Of a stretch of 64,000 nucleotides of DNA, positions 1 to 12,317 are shown one piece after another. A program made the translations under genes and the position numbers. The DNA lies in the IMG/VR virus record IMGVR_UViG_3300031578_000013, positions 12,162 to 76,161 of that record; one strand, written 5' to 3'. Positions within the stretch are counted from its first letter, which is position 1. Each line of letters starts with the position of its first letter. The notes under the pieces were generated by a model. The model was not told the origin of the DNA and made no database searches. It saw only the letters and a program-made list of their open reading frames with translations. This DNA is from a virus.

Positions 1-494
1 TATGCAAATTATCATGAGACCATCTTTATTTCTTTTATCTTTATGGAATTCAGATACGGATTTTGCACAATTGCACTTAGTACAGATTTTTATTCCATTT
101 ACCGCTCTTGGCATACTTACAATATTTGGATTCAAAATATATATAGTACGTCCCGACGATTTTACAGGAGTGAGAAAATTTAGAAAAAAATTTTTTTCGA
201 GGTGAAAATTGACCGGTACGTCCCGCCACTTTTGGGTGCACGTATCGACGCGCTCTGACCATTGGTTTCTTCTTAAAAGGGGGATGGGGGTACGGCCTTA
301 GTATTTTGATTAGAAGAAAAAAATTTTTAAATTTTTGAGGGTGCGTCCCTATTCGCACATCGGCCATAATTCCCACCGATCGCCATCTCAACAATTTTGC
401 CATTACAGGGTATATCGGTTAAGCACGGTTTTTCCGATGGACTACCAAAGATATCCCGGTTTTAATTGGCTTTTAGATTGTGTGGTTTTTTTGG

Positions 495-550
495 GGATAG
501 TTATATAAACTAGTAATAACATATTAGAAAGTGCCTAACAGGTTAAGGAG
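495..550 (+). promoter_or_regulatory. Archaeal TATA promoter, short 5' hairpin and SD for the early operon
   Basis: TTATATAA at 501-508, AT-rich AACATATTA downstream, hairpin CCT-AAC-AGG, then TAAGGAG before ATG 551. Confidence 0.65.
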
Positions 551-907
551 ATGAGAAAAATGCCGTACGCAATAACAAATGGAACGGAATGGTTAAGTGG
601 TGTAATTACCGCCGGTAAAACACGACCGATATTAACAAAGCTCACAGAACGCCGGTACGAGTACGACGACTATAACGCTGCTGATGACGTAATTACGGGA
701 TTATATCAAAACGGGTACGGCCCGGTAGCTACCACTCTGCGTATTGTACCGGTACGAACACTCTCACTTTTTGCCCGGATTACGCCCGGACTCGTAAACA
801 GATGTATTGTGATTGCGATATCCTGTGGGGAGCGGGAGCACCGTGGTACGGTCGCAAAGAACACAGTGGATATAGTATTCAGGTGTGATCATGTCAGTAC
901 TGGATAA
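551..907 (+). CDS. Hypothetical protein
   Basis: 118-aa ORF with AAGGAG SD, first gene after promoter. Confidence 0.6.
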   Translation: MRKMPYAITNGTEWLSGVITAGKTRPILTKLTERRYEYDDYNAADDVITGLYQNGYGPVATTLRIVPVRTLSLFARITPGLVNRCIVIAISCGEREHRGTVAKNTVDIVFRCDHVSTG

Positions 908-1346
908 AAGACAGGATATCGAACAGATTACCGATGCACTGCTATATGATGCAATGGGATCGCGGCGGTTTGTCCATGCAGTATGCAACGACCTGAACGC
1001 TTTTTCGGCCAATGTTGAGGATTACAAAGGGATCATCTATGCATGGGCTAACCGGCTATACATCGCTAATCAAATTGCGTATATTCTCACCTATTCGCAT
1101 AATGATGACTGCGATATGACCATTGTGCAGCTCAACGACACGGACCACTTAAACCACGGTGGGCATCTGATGAAGGATATTGCCCGGTGGTATAGGATGT
1201 TGGAATCAATTAAGTATAATTTGTTCTCTAACGGCGGGCAGGTTATGTTATGCCGTGAGGATATGGAGCGCCTTGATACTCTAATGAGCGTACTGAGCCG
1301 GGAAATAGTCGGAATGTATCAAAAGGAAAAAGGAAAGGTGAAATAA
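885..1346 (+). CDS. Hypothetical protein
   Basis: 153-aa ORF, AGGTG SD-like sequence, tightly packed. Confidence 0.7.
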   Translation: MIMSVLDKRQDIEQITDALLYDAMGSRRFVHAVCNDLNAFSANVEDYKGIIYAWANRLYIANQIAYILTYSHNDDCDMTIVQLNDTDHLNHGGHLMKDIARWYRMLESIKYNLFSNGGQVMLCREDMERLDTLMSVLSREIVGMYQKEKGKVK

Positions 1347-1348
1347 TT

Positions 1349-1702
1349 ATGAATTGGCTAAACGCAGTGCAGGAAGTAAAGAGAGATCATCAATTTTGTA
1401 TGATACACACCCCAACCGGCAACAAGGTAACAAAGAGAAAAACAAATTTCTATATCGATACATTAGAATCTATAGAAAATTTGGAGACTGAAGGATCTTC
1501 GGATAAAGCAATTTGCAAAATATTACCAACCGCAAAAAAGGTACTGAAAACCGATTGTGTGTTAATGGATGCTGTAACCGCAAATATGCTATGCTGTATC
1601 TACGATGCACTATCACCGGATAACCAAAAGAAATTCGCAGGATTTAAAATCGATTTTGCAGTAAAAACGGGATGGAAATTATACGAAAAATGCAAGGTGT
1701 GA
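1349..1702 (+). CDS. Hypothetical protein
   Basis: 117-aa ORF, AGGTGA SD. Confidence 0.7.
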   Translation: MNWLNAVQEVKRDHQFCMIHTPTGNKVTKRKTNFYIDTLESIENLETEGSSDKAICKILPTAKKVLKTDCVLMDAVTANMLCCIYDALSPDNQKKFAGFKIDFAVKTGWKLYEKCKV

Positions 1703-1848
1703 TCATGACTGAAGTATTGCAATACATCAGGAAAAACCGGGGCAGGTTGCCAAAGATGTTTCTGCCCTTCTCTCTGTTAAGAACATCACAGAGATCAGGA
1801 TAGTAAAGAGAGAAAAAGAAATATTCGTTTATTCGGGGAGTGAGTAAG

Positions 1849-2034
1849 ATGTCACAATTTATCTTGAAAATCAAGTTAGGCAATGAAGCAATGCTAACAG
1901 GTTATGACATTGCAGGCGCATTAAGAGAGATTGCCGATAAGGTAAATGATAATGAAGATATGAGAGAATTTTCAGGAGAAAAAAGGATACTGGATATTAA
2001 CGGTAATAGCGTTGGTACGTGGTCAGTAAAGTAA
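1849..2034 (+). CDS. Small hypothetical protein
   Basis: ORF ending in an ILDINGNSVGTW motif of the kind common in small phage proteins. Confidence 0.65.
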   Translation: MSQFILKIKLGNEAMLTGYDIAGALREIADKVNDNEDMREFSGEKRILDINGNSVGTWSVK

Positions 2035-2037
2035 ATC

Positions 2038-2103
2038 TACCCTCATAAACCTTTTAGGGTTTTTGCGTTCAATCGCATTGAGGGTATACCTGCGCAGGCA
2101 GGG
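2038..2103 (+). ncRNA. tRNA-like structured element copy 1 (closing stem, hairpin, T-loop arm, then 3' hairpin)
   Basis: TACCCTCA 2038-2045 pairs with TGAGGGTA 2079-2086; AAACCT/GGGTTT hairpin; TGCG-TTCAAT-CGCA; CCTGC-GCAG-GCAGG. Confidence 0.6.
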
Positions 2104-2124
2104 ATTAGAGGAGATGTAAAGACA

Positions 2125-3168
2125 ATGTTGGAAGTGTTTGTAATCTATCAGCATAGAAATATGCAGAAATTTGTATTCGGATATACAAAGGATGAAAAAA
2201 TCGCAGTATCCGAATTAATGCGATTGACGAATGAATCAAGCGAAAACCATTTTTCGATGGAATATAATTTCATCCCGTTTAATGGTGTATTGCTAAAGGA
2301 TAATTCACACAAATAAGGAGATGTAAAGTAATGCAAGCAAAAACCAGATATTCGGTAAATGTGATGGATCTCACAAAAGACGATGTCTTAAGCACCTTTA
2401 TGATCGCGCCGGTGATTCAATCACGAATAATTGTAGATGTTGAAAAAGGGCGCATTGATGGTAAAGCAGTGGTGCTTGATTGTCCTGAAGAGCAAGCATT
2501 AGCGATAATTGAGATCATCCATCAGAAGTATGGGAAAAATGAATTCAGATGCTATAAGGGCACAAAGAGGATTTAACCATGCCAAAAACAATTAAAATTT
2601 CAATCATCCAAGATGAGATCAATCGACTACTATCACTGGATAACATCGACGAACAAACCAAAATTACCCTTTGTAATTTCATCGAAAAAATCCTTATGGA
2701 TACCAAAAACTATAAGGGTTTTAATCACATCGACTGGTCAAACGGAGGTTTCGATCAATGGGAAAAAGACGGCGAACCGGGGTTTCCTGAAAAATCAAAA
2801 TATCTCGGAAGGGAATATTCAAGGGTATATTACAAAAGTGAGAAGTTGATTTAACCATGTCACAAATTACCACTCACAGAAAATCCCTTTTTGATATCTC
2901 ATTACGGGATATCCAATTAGACAAACATATGATAGTGATACGAGAAATAGAACCGGCGTATAATGATTCGTTCGCATATTACCTTTGTACAATTAGGGAA
3001 ATTCATAATCCAGAAAGTAAAGACCCTGTAGTATGTGTCTGGATTAAGGCTATGTCTTTTGACGATAAAAGATGGTATAAATCATCATCCACATTAGCAT
3101 GGTTTAGAGCATCAAAAATATTGAGGATTGATAATAATCTTCAATATGAATTATTACCGGAGCCCTGA
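2125..3168 (+). other. Four coupled small hypothetical genes (2125-2316, 2331-2576, 2579-2854, 2857-3168)
   Basis: Consecutive ORFs with 2-14 nt gaps; GGAGATG SD before the first two. Confidence 0.7.
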
Positions 3169-3373
3169 TCATTATGCAAAAACAGAAAGGTGAATAACAA
3201 TGATGAAAATGGAGCGACCAATATCATACAAAGCAGCGGTATCCGAAAAACGATCACTAATGAGATGTGGTATAAAATGTCACGTAATTGAATCAAAAAT
3301 ATTTAATTTGGATTACTTATACAATCGTAATGAACCTCAATGGATATCCACCTACATGGTACAATTATTATAA

Positions 3374-3433
3374 TCCCATTTTTACATCGGTAATAGCGTT
3401 CAATCGCAAAATGGGAATACCCTGTAATGGGGT
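3374..3433 (+). ncRNA. tRNA-like structured element copy 2
   Basis: TCCCATTT 3374-3381 pairs with AAATGGGA 3409-3416; TTAC-ATCG-GTAA hairpin; GCG-TTCAAT-CGC; ACCCT/GGGGT hairpin. Confidence 0.6.
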
Positions 3434-3451
3434 TAAGGGAGATGTCAGACT

Positions 3452-6400
3452 ATGAGAAACACAAAAAAACTGGATGCTCTATTAATCGAAAAATCGGTTA
3501 ATATGGCACGCCGAAAAGGAGACGAATATAACGGTTTCCTTTTTGCACAAATGAATACAGCGCGTTTAACCGATGCTGAAAGAAGATCCTGCAATGTGTA
3601 TCTATTCGGTGCAATGTGGGATAGGATGACCATTGAAGATTTGAAGGCATTACCATGATGCAAATATCATCAACCCGAAAAAACATTGCTATGGTTGTGT
3701 TTACCATTGGTGATACAATCCATTTTACACCACTGGACAAATACAACCCTAATGTAATGGATGCAAAAGCACCGGTGTTCGATGGAACTTTTGATGACTG
3801 CGTGACATTCATTTCAGAGGTTTTATAATGGATGCCTATTTCACAACTTGTAAAGATGCTGGTCGCACTGCATACCTGTTAGGGCCATTCACCACAGAAA
3901 AAGCATGTAAAGTATTTGCAGAATTCCCGGAGGATAACCCAGAATCCAGGCACACTGAAATATATGATGCATGTTGTGAGATTGATCGCAAGGCGCACTT
4001 TTTCGCATATGGTATGTGTCGAGTAAGGGATTTTAAACCGGGTGAAATAACCGGGATTTTGAATAGAGTTGATAAAGAGAAATGGGATAAGGTGTTAGGA
4101 TGACGTTCGATAAAGTAATACCATATCGTTGCTCAACTGGGTGCAAGCCCTTTATGCTAGCAACAAACATCAATGCACCAATTTGTCCAACGTGTAAAGA
4201 TCCGATGACACGATCAAAAGAGCATTTTGCACAAAAGAGGAGATATTACCATGTTGATTAATTACGCTATCCGAGATATCAATACGGGAAAATATTACCG
4301 TCATCCAAAAACCGATGTAACCGGCGAACGACTAGAGTTGGTATCTGGTATAAACCGGGCTATGACATGGGTACAATCAGATGATGGAGAACCACGTACA
4401 GCCCGCTATGTAATCTGTCATCATAACCTAATCGGTTGTGAAATTGTAGCATGTTATGAACATGAAAATCTTAAGAAAGGGAGATTGTATAACCGGGAAG
4501 TTAAGGGAGTTGTATCATGACCACAATTCCTGAAAAAGAATGGAAAAAGATACAAACTCTATCTGATACTATCAAACGTAAAGTATGGGAGATTGAGAAC
4601 GATATAGAAAATCTGGATAACCTCTTACACGCTTTACATGGAGAAGGTATTAGAAACCGAAAATATACCACGAGTGGTTATCCGCAGGTATTTCAAAATG
4701 GGGAATGGGTTGATCGGTGATGGGATCATGATAGAATTCGCAGATAACAAAACAGGTAAAACCATTATGGTATCCCATGCAGAATCCTTCAAGTACGGCT
4801 CTGAAAATCAAAGACGTTTTGCGGATAAGATATCTGCAAAATATATCCTGATAACAGGAGACAATAGAGGGCGATTGCCACTATGGACAAAGCGTATCTT
4901 GAAGGAGAATAATCTTTGGTATAGAAAGATAGGGCGCACCACGTATAAGAGTAATACTTTTGCGTTGTATGACGAGAGGATGAAACCATGAATCAAGTAT
5001 TCAAAGATATTGATGCTATCCTTACTGAATACAAAGTAAAAGGATTCAAAGTAACTGATGGTGAAATGATCGCTATAAGGAAAAACCATCTTTGGTATTA
5101 TTTCAGATGGAATTGCAAAGAAAATGGATTAATGCTATCGGGTGAAACTGATCGTTATGAAAGGAGATGGTAAAACAATGACCCCAGAAGAAATTGCAAA
5201 AAACAAAAGATTGCAAGATACGCAATGGAACAAACAACCAATACCGGATAAATTCGATATGCAGGGGATAATCAAATACCTGCACGAATACTCAGGGAGA
5301 ATCCCCAACGAGAACGAATGTTTACGATTCAATATGTTTCTTGAATCATTCCAGGGGAAACCATCAGAGCGGGAATGCTCTGATTTCTTACAGGTATTGG
5401 GGATGGTTAAGAAATGACCCCCTCCAAAAAATCCCTACTCAACCTCTTCAAAGCAAACACCGGCAAAACACAACTCAGAGTGCCACAGATTGATGAGCGG
5501 AGGATAGTATTGCAAGGGTGGCAGAATAGCAAGGTAAAGAATTATAGGAAGTGGTGATGATGAAAATTACAAAAGATGGATACTTTAAAAAAGGCGCATT
5601 TAAACTGGGTGTAAACCCAACAATGATCGGACAGAAGATCATACACGTTGATCGGTGTGAAACTCCATACGGTTATGATGGATCTTATTGCACGATTGCT
5701 GGAATAGGAATTCCACAAAATCCAAAATATGAATATGTGATCTTGAGAGAAATTTGTAAGGATAGATCACTCGTGATTGAATGGAATCCCCGCATATTCC
5801 CGGGCGAATTATCCAGATTAGAACCGTGGTGGAATGATGGCAAATGGGTTTTGCTAGAGAGTATAGTATGACCCTCTCCCACTTTGCAAAATCCTATCTC
5901 CATCTCCAGGGTGTCGAACTCCTAAAACCGCGAGAGAGAAGCAAACCCGTTGGGGATAGACAGGGTGAGACTATGATTAAGGTTGATCAATGTGAAAGGG
6001 GAGATTTATCATGAATATTGAAATTGGTTGCATTGACAAATACGATGCTATGGAAAAATTCGGAAATGACGAGATTGACATTCTATTCCGCACATGGAAC
6101 GAACAAAGAAATCGGATGACCGGGTGGAGATCATTCCAAAAAGTATGCAAAACTATTGCCAGTCCAGTATGGCCGTGGGAATATCCATGTTCACAAGTTG
6201 AATGGAAATATGTGAGGGTATCATGACCGATTTATCAGATGTCGAAATACACTTGTATGTAGAGTGTGTTAAGATGAACTACTCAAAAGAACAATCCGAG
6301 AACTTCTTTAAGAGTGTGGATGAGACGATTAACTTCGAATTTCTTAACATCTTACGAGAACAGTATGGGAAGGAGAGGTTATGAAACCAGAAACCAATGA

Positions 6401-6925
6401 ACTGATACGAAACTGGTTTTATCAGTCATGTCTTAACCATCAGACATTTAAAAATCTAAATTATCAAAACCAGTATAACGTAAGAAATCTCCTTGCTGGA
6501 TTTCTTCAGGCGTGTGAAACATTCAAACACATTACTCGCGATGAAGGCACAAAGTTATTTGAAGAGTTGACATCATGATACCCAAAACAATCCAGGATGC
6601 AAATACACTCTACAACCCCAAAGTCCTCTATGATGTTTCAGATGAGTATGACACACTCCTGCAAAACGGAATGGGGTTCAATAGAGGTGAATCTAACATC
6701 GTTGCTATTGAGTCTGATACAGCAAAGCGCAACAAGAAATTACAATCCCTGCGAGAGAAGAATCCCTTGCAGGAATACCGTGTGCAAGGAGATTATATAG
6801 ACGCGATATGTTACTATCCCATGCACGGCTCGGATGCAGATGTGCTTCAGGATGATAAGCAGGATTATGAATGGTCAGGGGAACAGATGGGTGTTTTGAC
6901 GATGCCCTTTGATGGGAGGAAATGA
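3452..6925 (+). other. Array of small hypothetical early genes (e.g. 3452-3658, 3828-4103, 4251-4520, 4517-4720, 4988-5173, 5551-5871, 6011-6226, 6381-6578, 6575-6925)
   Basis: Same-strand ORFs with frequent ATGA stop/start overlaps. Confidence 0.65.
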
Positions 6926-7240
6926 AGTATGCAAAAAACCCTCTTCGATTGCGCACGACGCCCGGCATTCAAAATCTGCGATAGGTATGACATAGATGGC
7001 GAGTGGCATCATAAGCAAGGCATCGATCCATGTATCGTTGTTGGCTACACCGATACAGGAATGGTTTTCAAGTCGGAGGGGGTGGTCGATGCCTAACACT
7101 GTCTAACAACGCTATTGTATATCTCCTCAAATACCAGCACTGCACTACAAAGTGCAGCAATGCCACACGATGTAGCAATACAATACCCAATAATTTTCAT
7201 CGCCGTATAAATCCTCACAATGAAAGGGGAGTACAGGGGA

Positions 7241-7630
7241 ATGAGAATGAATCTTAAACAAGCCAATAAAATCTCTAAAAGATTATCATCACAGTATGGG
7301 ATTATCAATCCTCCCGTGGTGCAATCTTTACCATATTCCAGGATGGGAAAGAAAGTAATACTTGGGTATTACGATAACCTTGCAAATCAGATAGAGATAA
7401 ACAAGTATGCTTTGGAATTGTGGAACGCCCAACAAATCACCGATACCATAAAGCACGAGTTGATGCACGCCAGATGTTATCAGGACTTCGGGCATGGTGG
7501 ACACGGAAAGCAATTTGGGTTACTATGTGATTTGTATGAATTAACCAATGATATTAAAAGAGCAATCAAGCGACCACACGTATACCACATTAACAAAAAA
7601 GCACTACTGGAAATGCGAAGGGTGATTTGA
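7241..7630 (+). CDS. SprT-like zinc metalloprotease
   Basis: TIKHELMH (HExxH) followed by HGKQF; LGYY upstream; TATA-like GTATAAAT at 7205. Confidence 0.75.
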   Translation: MRMNLKQANKISKRLSSQYGIINPPVVQSLPYSRMGKKVILGYYDNLANQIEINKYALELWNAQQITDTIKHELMHARCYQDFGHGGHGKQFGLLCDLYELTNDIKRAIKRPHVYHINKKALLEMRRVI

Positions 7631-7896
7631 GTTATGCAGGTAATTTGGGATAGAAGGGGATATCCCGCGTGCTGTGAAAGTGAGGGGGTAAAAGTGGTGG
7701 TGGCGAAGGAACGATATATACGTCCAAACCCCGCTACATTTTATGACGTTTGTGCAAAACGGACACACTTCCCAGTCAAAAACGGATGCCCGTTTGAATT
7801 AGGCAATATCATACGATGTCTCGATTATCACGTCGATTGTATCACGTGCATTAAGATGTATGCGTATTGCCGTAATCTTACTGGAGTTGGTCGGAT

Positions 7897-8481
7897 ATGA
7901 AAGTTATTGTTGGTTGTGAAGAAAGCCAGGTTATCTGCAAGGCATTCAGAGCAAAGGGACATGAAGCATACTCGTGTGATATTATACCTTGTAATGGTGG
8001 ACACCCCGAATGGCATATTCAGGATGATGTTTTAAATCATCTTGGAGATGGTTGGGACTTGGGAATCTTCCATCCGATGTGTACGCACCTTGCTGTATCA
8101 GGAGCGAGATGGTTTAAAGAGAAAGAGATTGTGCAAAACGAAGCGATCGTATTTTTCTTTGAGTGTGTCAATGCACCCATACCGAAAATCTGTATCGAAA
8201 ACCCCATCGGAATAATGAGCACCCTGTACCGTAAACCCGATCAGTATATTCAACCCTATGAGTATGGACACCCCGAAACAAAGAAAACCTGTCTATGGCT
8301 TAAAGGATTGCCAAAACTTGTAGAGACAAACAACGTTCGTGATGGAATGTTGTTGTTACCAAAGAAACAACAGAATCGAATACACTATATGTCTCCATCT
8401 GATAACCGGTCATCTGAAAGATCAAAGACCTACACGGGATGGGCAGAAGCAATGGCAACCCAATGGAATTTCAAGGAGTAA
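7897..8481 (+). CDS. Phage-type short DNA cytosine-5 methyltransferase-like protein
   Basis: VGCEESQ..AFR..GHEAYSCD, HPMC (motif IV-like), IENP (motif VI), KKTCLWL, RSKT. Confidence 0.8.
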   Translation: MKVIVGCEESQVICKAFRAKGHEAYSCDIIPCNGGHPEWHIQDDVLNHLGDGWDLGIFHPMCTHLAVSGARWFKEKEIVQNEAIVFFFECVNAPIPKICIENPIGIMSTLYRKPDQYIQPYEYGHPETKKTCLWLKGLPKLVETNNVRDGMLLLPKKQQNRIHYMSPSDNRSSERSKTYTGWAEAMATQWNFKE

Positions 8482-8595
8482 CTTTATGCAAAACCCAACA
8501 CCGGCGCAAGCCCTACTCTATATCAAGTCCCGCTACCCACATCATCGCTTGATATGGAATGACTACCTGAAAGCGCCGAAGGTAATGAAGGTTGA

Positions 8596-8630
8596 GAAGA
8601 TATAAATAATAGTAGTAATATAGTAGATAA
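8596..8630 (+). promoter_or_regulatory. Archaeal promoter
   Basis: GAAG followed by ATATAAAT (8600-8607) in an AT-rich gap. Confidence 0.55.
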
Positions 8631-8651
8631 TGCGAAACGGAGCACAATGGA

Positions 8652-10413
8652 ATGACAGACTTAAAAAAAGCAACCAAAGAAGAATTGCAAGCGGGGATGG
8701 ACAGACGAACTACATTAGCAACCCAAATGGACATTGCAGATAAGATAGCAGATATTGCAGGACATGGAATTTCTGGCAACATCGTATCTATATGGAAAGG
8801 TGCGTTGTTATACAAGTCGATTGATAAAAACAACCCCGATATGACACGCTATGTAACATACCTTGTCCGAACAAATATAAAGAAAATCGAGGATGACTAG
8901 TCATGCAACCACAATGCACACCCCCGGTAACCGTCCTGCACCTCCCGCTCCATTGCGGGGCAAGAGGATATGGATGTAAGGTAAGTGGGAATGAACTCAT
9001 AGTGACACACAACCCACTGACGGTGAAAGCCTTTGAGGATGTAAAGCCACGAGTGACTACGATGGTAAGAAGTCGTTGGAATGATTTGGTGGTTTGGAAG
9101 GAGTGAGATGGAATGACATACTTTGCAGTGATAACAAAAACTCCAACATCGGATGATGGAAATCGTGCGTGCTCTACAGTGTATATCAACCCGCACGGAG
9201 AAGAGCACGTTGTTGGATCTCGCATAATAATATCCCCAAATAAATTCGAGGATGATCTGTTTGCAAAAGCAATCACTTCAGTGTGTATGAATACAATTGA
9301 TCTATCAGAAGAGCAGGTTCTTTTCTGTATGGTTCCGGTATTCAAACTCGGAGAAATTCTTGTTATGGATTGTAATAGTGATAGAACAATTCCAGATGGA
9401 AGAAAACCTTCAAAATGGGATGTTGAATATGAAACCTTCAATGATATTGAGAGTGCTGTTAAAAGAGCAATCGAGGTGGTGGAATGAACATCGCAGAACT
9501 AATAGCAATCCCTGGAAGATTACACTCCCGATTGCCCGTGTACATCAGAGAATGGGATAGCGAGTCTGACTGTGAGGATTTAATACCAGAATATATCAGT
9601 ACACAATATATTACGGTGGTTGATGAAGACGAAGAAGAGGATACGGAAATAAAAGCACTTGTGCTTGGAGAGATGGAATGAACAAATTAACATTTACCCC
9701 CCTCATTAAAAAGCGACGTGCAAAGTATATTGTTAAAGATGATGGGCAAATTATGGAAAAGTCTGGATCAACCCCTTACTACTACTATATCTGCTCAAAT
9801 AGAAAATGCACGTGGGAATATCGATGGGTAAGTAGAGACCCTGAATTAAAATGTCATTGCTGCGGGAAACCAATGATACTGGTTGCTAACCCGCAAGCGT
9901 TTGAATTGAAGGTGATAGATGGATGATAATTAATACAGGATCAAAAGCGTTTTGGCTTGGGGCATTATTCTTTGTCCTGATTTGTGATAGTGTTATTAAA
10001 ATAATTGCAGGTCTTACTCACATGCCGAAACCCACGCATTACAGATTTTCAAATCCATTAGATGGACTTTTAATACTGGTGATATCTCTCGGATGGTGGT
10101 TTGGATCATGACCCTCGAAACGGATAACCTGGAAAAAGAACTCGAAGAGAACCGCCTTGAAATTCAAGGTTTGGAAGCGAGGAATGCCGAAATCACAAAG
10201 CAGTTGATTAAGGCGTTTCATGGTATCGAAGTTGGGGATATTGTATTGCACAAAGGCAATGAATATCAAGTCAAAAGGATTGAAATACTACGACCCTGGA
10301 GCGTGTATGAACAAACACATAAGCCGTGGGTATATGGTTATGCAAAAAAGAAAGATAACACATGGGGATGTTTAAGGGCGCGTTGTTTGTATACCGAGTG
10401 GGTGAAGGCATGA
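8652..10413 (+). other. Coupled small hypothetical genes (8652-8900, 8903-9106, 9113-9487, 9484-9681, 9678-9926 Zn ribbon, 9923-10111 membrane, 10108-10413)
   Basis: ATGA overlaps; Cys pairs in 9678; hydrophobic segments in 9923. Confidence 0.65.
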
Positions 10414-11483
10414 CTATTATATTACCCACTGCTACAGGAGGATTAAAGTACACGAGCCAACTCGCCAAATTTGCACTCGGTCTTATCGAATTGTCTGATG
10501 AAATCGGATTCCGTATGTCAGCCCGTGGTTGGGCATATACATTAGAAGGATTGCGTCTTATCAACAAAGACCAATTCAATCGTGTTGAATCCCTTATCAA
10601 TACCTGTAGAGAACGCGGGTACTTACCCATTGACTTTACAGCAGAGGAAGAGGGACGTAAATTTGCAGGCATTGAAACGCCCACAAAAGAAACAGTACCG
10701 ACATTTCTAAATAAATATGTTAATTATGTTGCGCACTGCGAACGCTCGTTTGTCCCGGAATGGTGGGATGGAGAGAAATATTATATTCAAATGCTCGTTG
10801 AAAAAATCGATCTGAAAACATTATTTGAACCAGTTTGTGAAAATTATAAAATACCAATCGCCACTTCAAAAGGCTGGTCATCTATGCTTCAACGCGCCGA
10901 GTATGCCAAAAGATTTAAAGCAGCAGAAGAAGTCGGACTTGAATGTATCTTACTATACTGTGGTGATTTAGATGCAGATGGTTTACGAATTTCCAAATTT
11001 CTATTTGACAACTTGGATCAAATTAAAAATATCGAATGGGCAGATGGAACCACTGGGTATGATCCTACCAATCTTACGATAAATCGATTTGGTCTCAATT
11101 ATGATTTCGTAACCCGTCATGGATTAACATGGATTGATAATCTCATCACGGGTTCTGGAAAAAATCTGGCGAGCCCAAAACACAAGAATTTCAAGATGCC
11201 CTATGTGCAAGAATACCTAAAAACAATTGGAGAACGCAAATGTGAAGCAAACGCCATTGTTAAAGATCCACCACTAGGACGAGCATTGTGTCGAGCAGCC
11301 ATTGAAAGTTACTTAGGAAAAAATGCTGTCGGTAGATTTAAAGCACGGCGAGAAAAAATAAACGATGGATTTGACACACTGCGGTGTTGCCTATCAATTG
11401 ATGTTCTCAACGAAGGAGATCAACTAACATTAGATAGGTGTATAGATATGTTCTCACACAAGTTGGAGATGATGAACGAATGA
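10410..11483 (+). CDS. TOPRIM-domain protein, Topo VI-A/Spo11/JetD-like
   Basis: SARGWAY helix, LVEK (conserved Glu), KGWSS, LYCGDLDADG (DxD), EANA. Confidence 0.7.
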   Translation: MTIILPTATGGLKYTSQLAKFALGLIELSDEIGFRMSARGWAYTLEGLRLINKDQFNRVESLINTCRERGYLPIDFTAEEEGRKFAGIETPTKETVPTFLNKYVNYVAHCERSFVPEWWDGEKYYIQMLVEKIDLKTLFEPVCENYKIPIATSKGWSSMLQRAEYAKRFKAAEEVGLECILLYCGDLDADGLRISKFLFDNLDQIKNIEWADGTTGYDPTNLTINRFGLNYDFVTRHGLTWIDNLITGSGKNLASPKHKNFKMPYVQEYLKTIGERKCEANAIVKDPPLGRALCRAAIESYLGKNAVGRFKARREKINDGFDTLRCCLSIDVLNEGDQLTLDRCIDMFSHKLEMMNE

Positions 11484-12317
11484 CACTCCCACAATGGATG
11501 ATCGAACTTATCGACAAAACACAAAGCAATACCTTTGATGTTATGGTTGAGCAGATGAAGATAAACCCCGATGCTATGGAAGCGTTGTATAGTAACTCGG
11601 AGTTGCGGCAATGACACTCTCCCACTCCGACATCGAAGCATTCAAAACCCTTCCCGCACCCCCAGACTTAACAGACGATAATTTCTATCGCTTTAAACTC
11701 CAGCGCTATAGAAGCAAGTGTTTCCTGGATGCGGTGAAGAAAGACTTGCTCATTGAAGGGCATCCCAAGGCAGACTTGCTGTTGAGTATTGCATGGAGCA
11801 ATGGGCATGCAGGGGGATACCATGAAGTGTACCGGGAAGCGATGGAGTTGGTGGAGTTGCTTCGATGAAATACAAAGTGTGTTATTCGGAATTTTCCACG
11901 CACGAAATAGAGATCAATGCCAAGAGTGCCGAAGAAGCAGAGCGTATGGTATTGGATGGTGATGGTGTTGATTATACCACATCGCATGAACGGGATGCCG
12001 AACTAGTAAGTGTGAATAGCGTGGAGGTGATTGGGGAATGTTAAACGATTTTGATGGATTTGTATTACCGTGCTTATGTATGCACTCGGCCGGATTTGAC
12101 GAAAAAAAGAAAAACGTTGTGAATGGATATGATTTATTTAATATACGAGAACTCAATGGTGTTGTCATTATTCCATTCAATCGTGTTGCTGATATCAAAG
12201 CCAATGCGAAAGATTATCCGAACTCTTGGATATCAGTACTTAACGCTGATGTGTTCTATGACGACATACCATTTTTCGTGAGGGATCATTGAGGAATGAT
12301 TGGGAGATGAGTGAATC

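Noticed and set aside
2038-3433. Calling the T-loop elements true tRNA genes
   Set aside because: Under 50 nt, lacking one arm, 6-nt loop and no CCA
5868-6020. Possible structured RNA (CTATCTCCA/TGGGGATAG stem)
   Set aside because: Covered by a roughly 50-codon ORF coupled to both neighbours; the pairing is explained by the C-rich/G-rich gene bias
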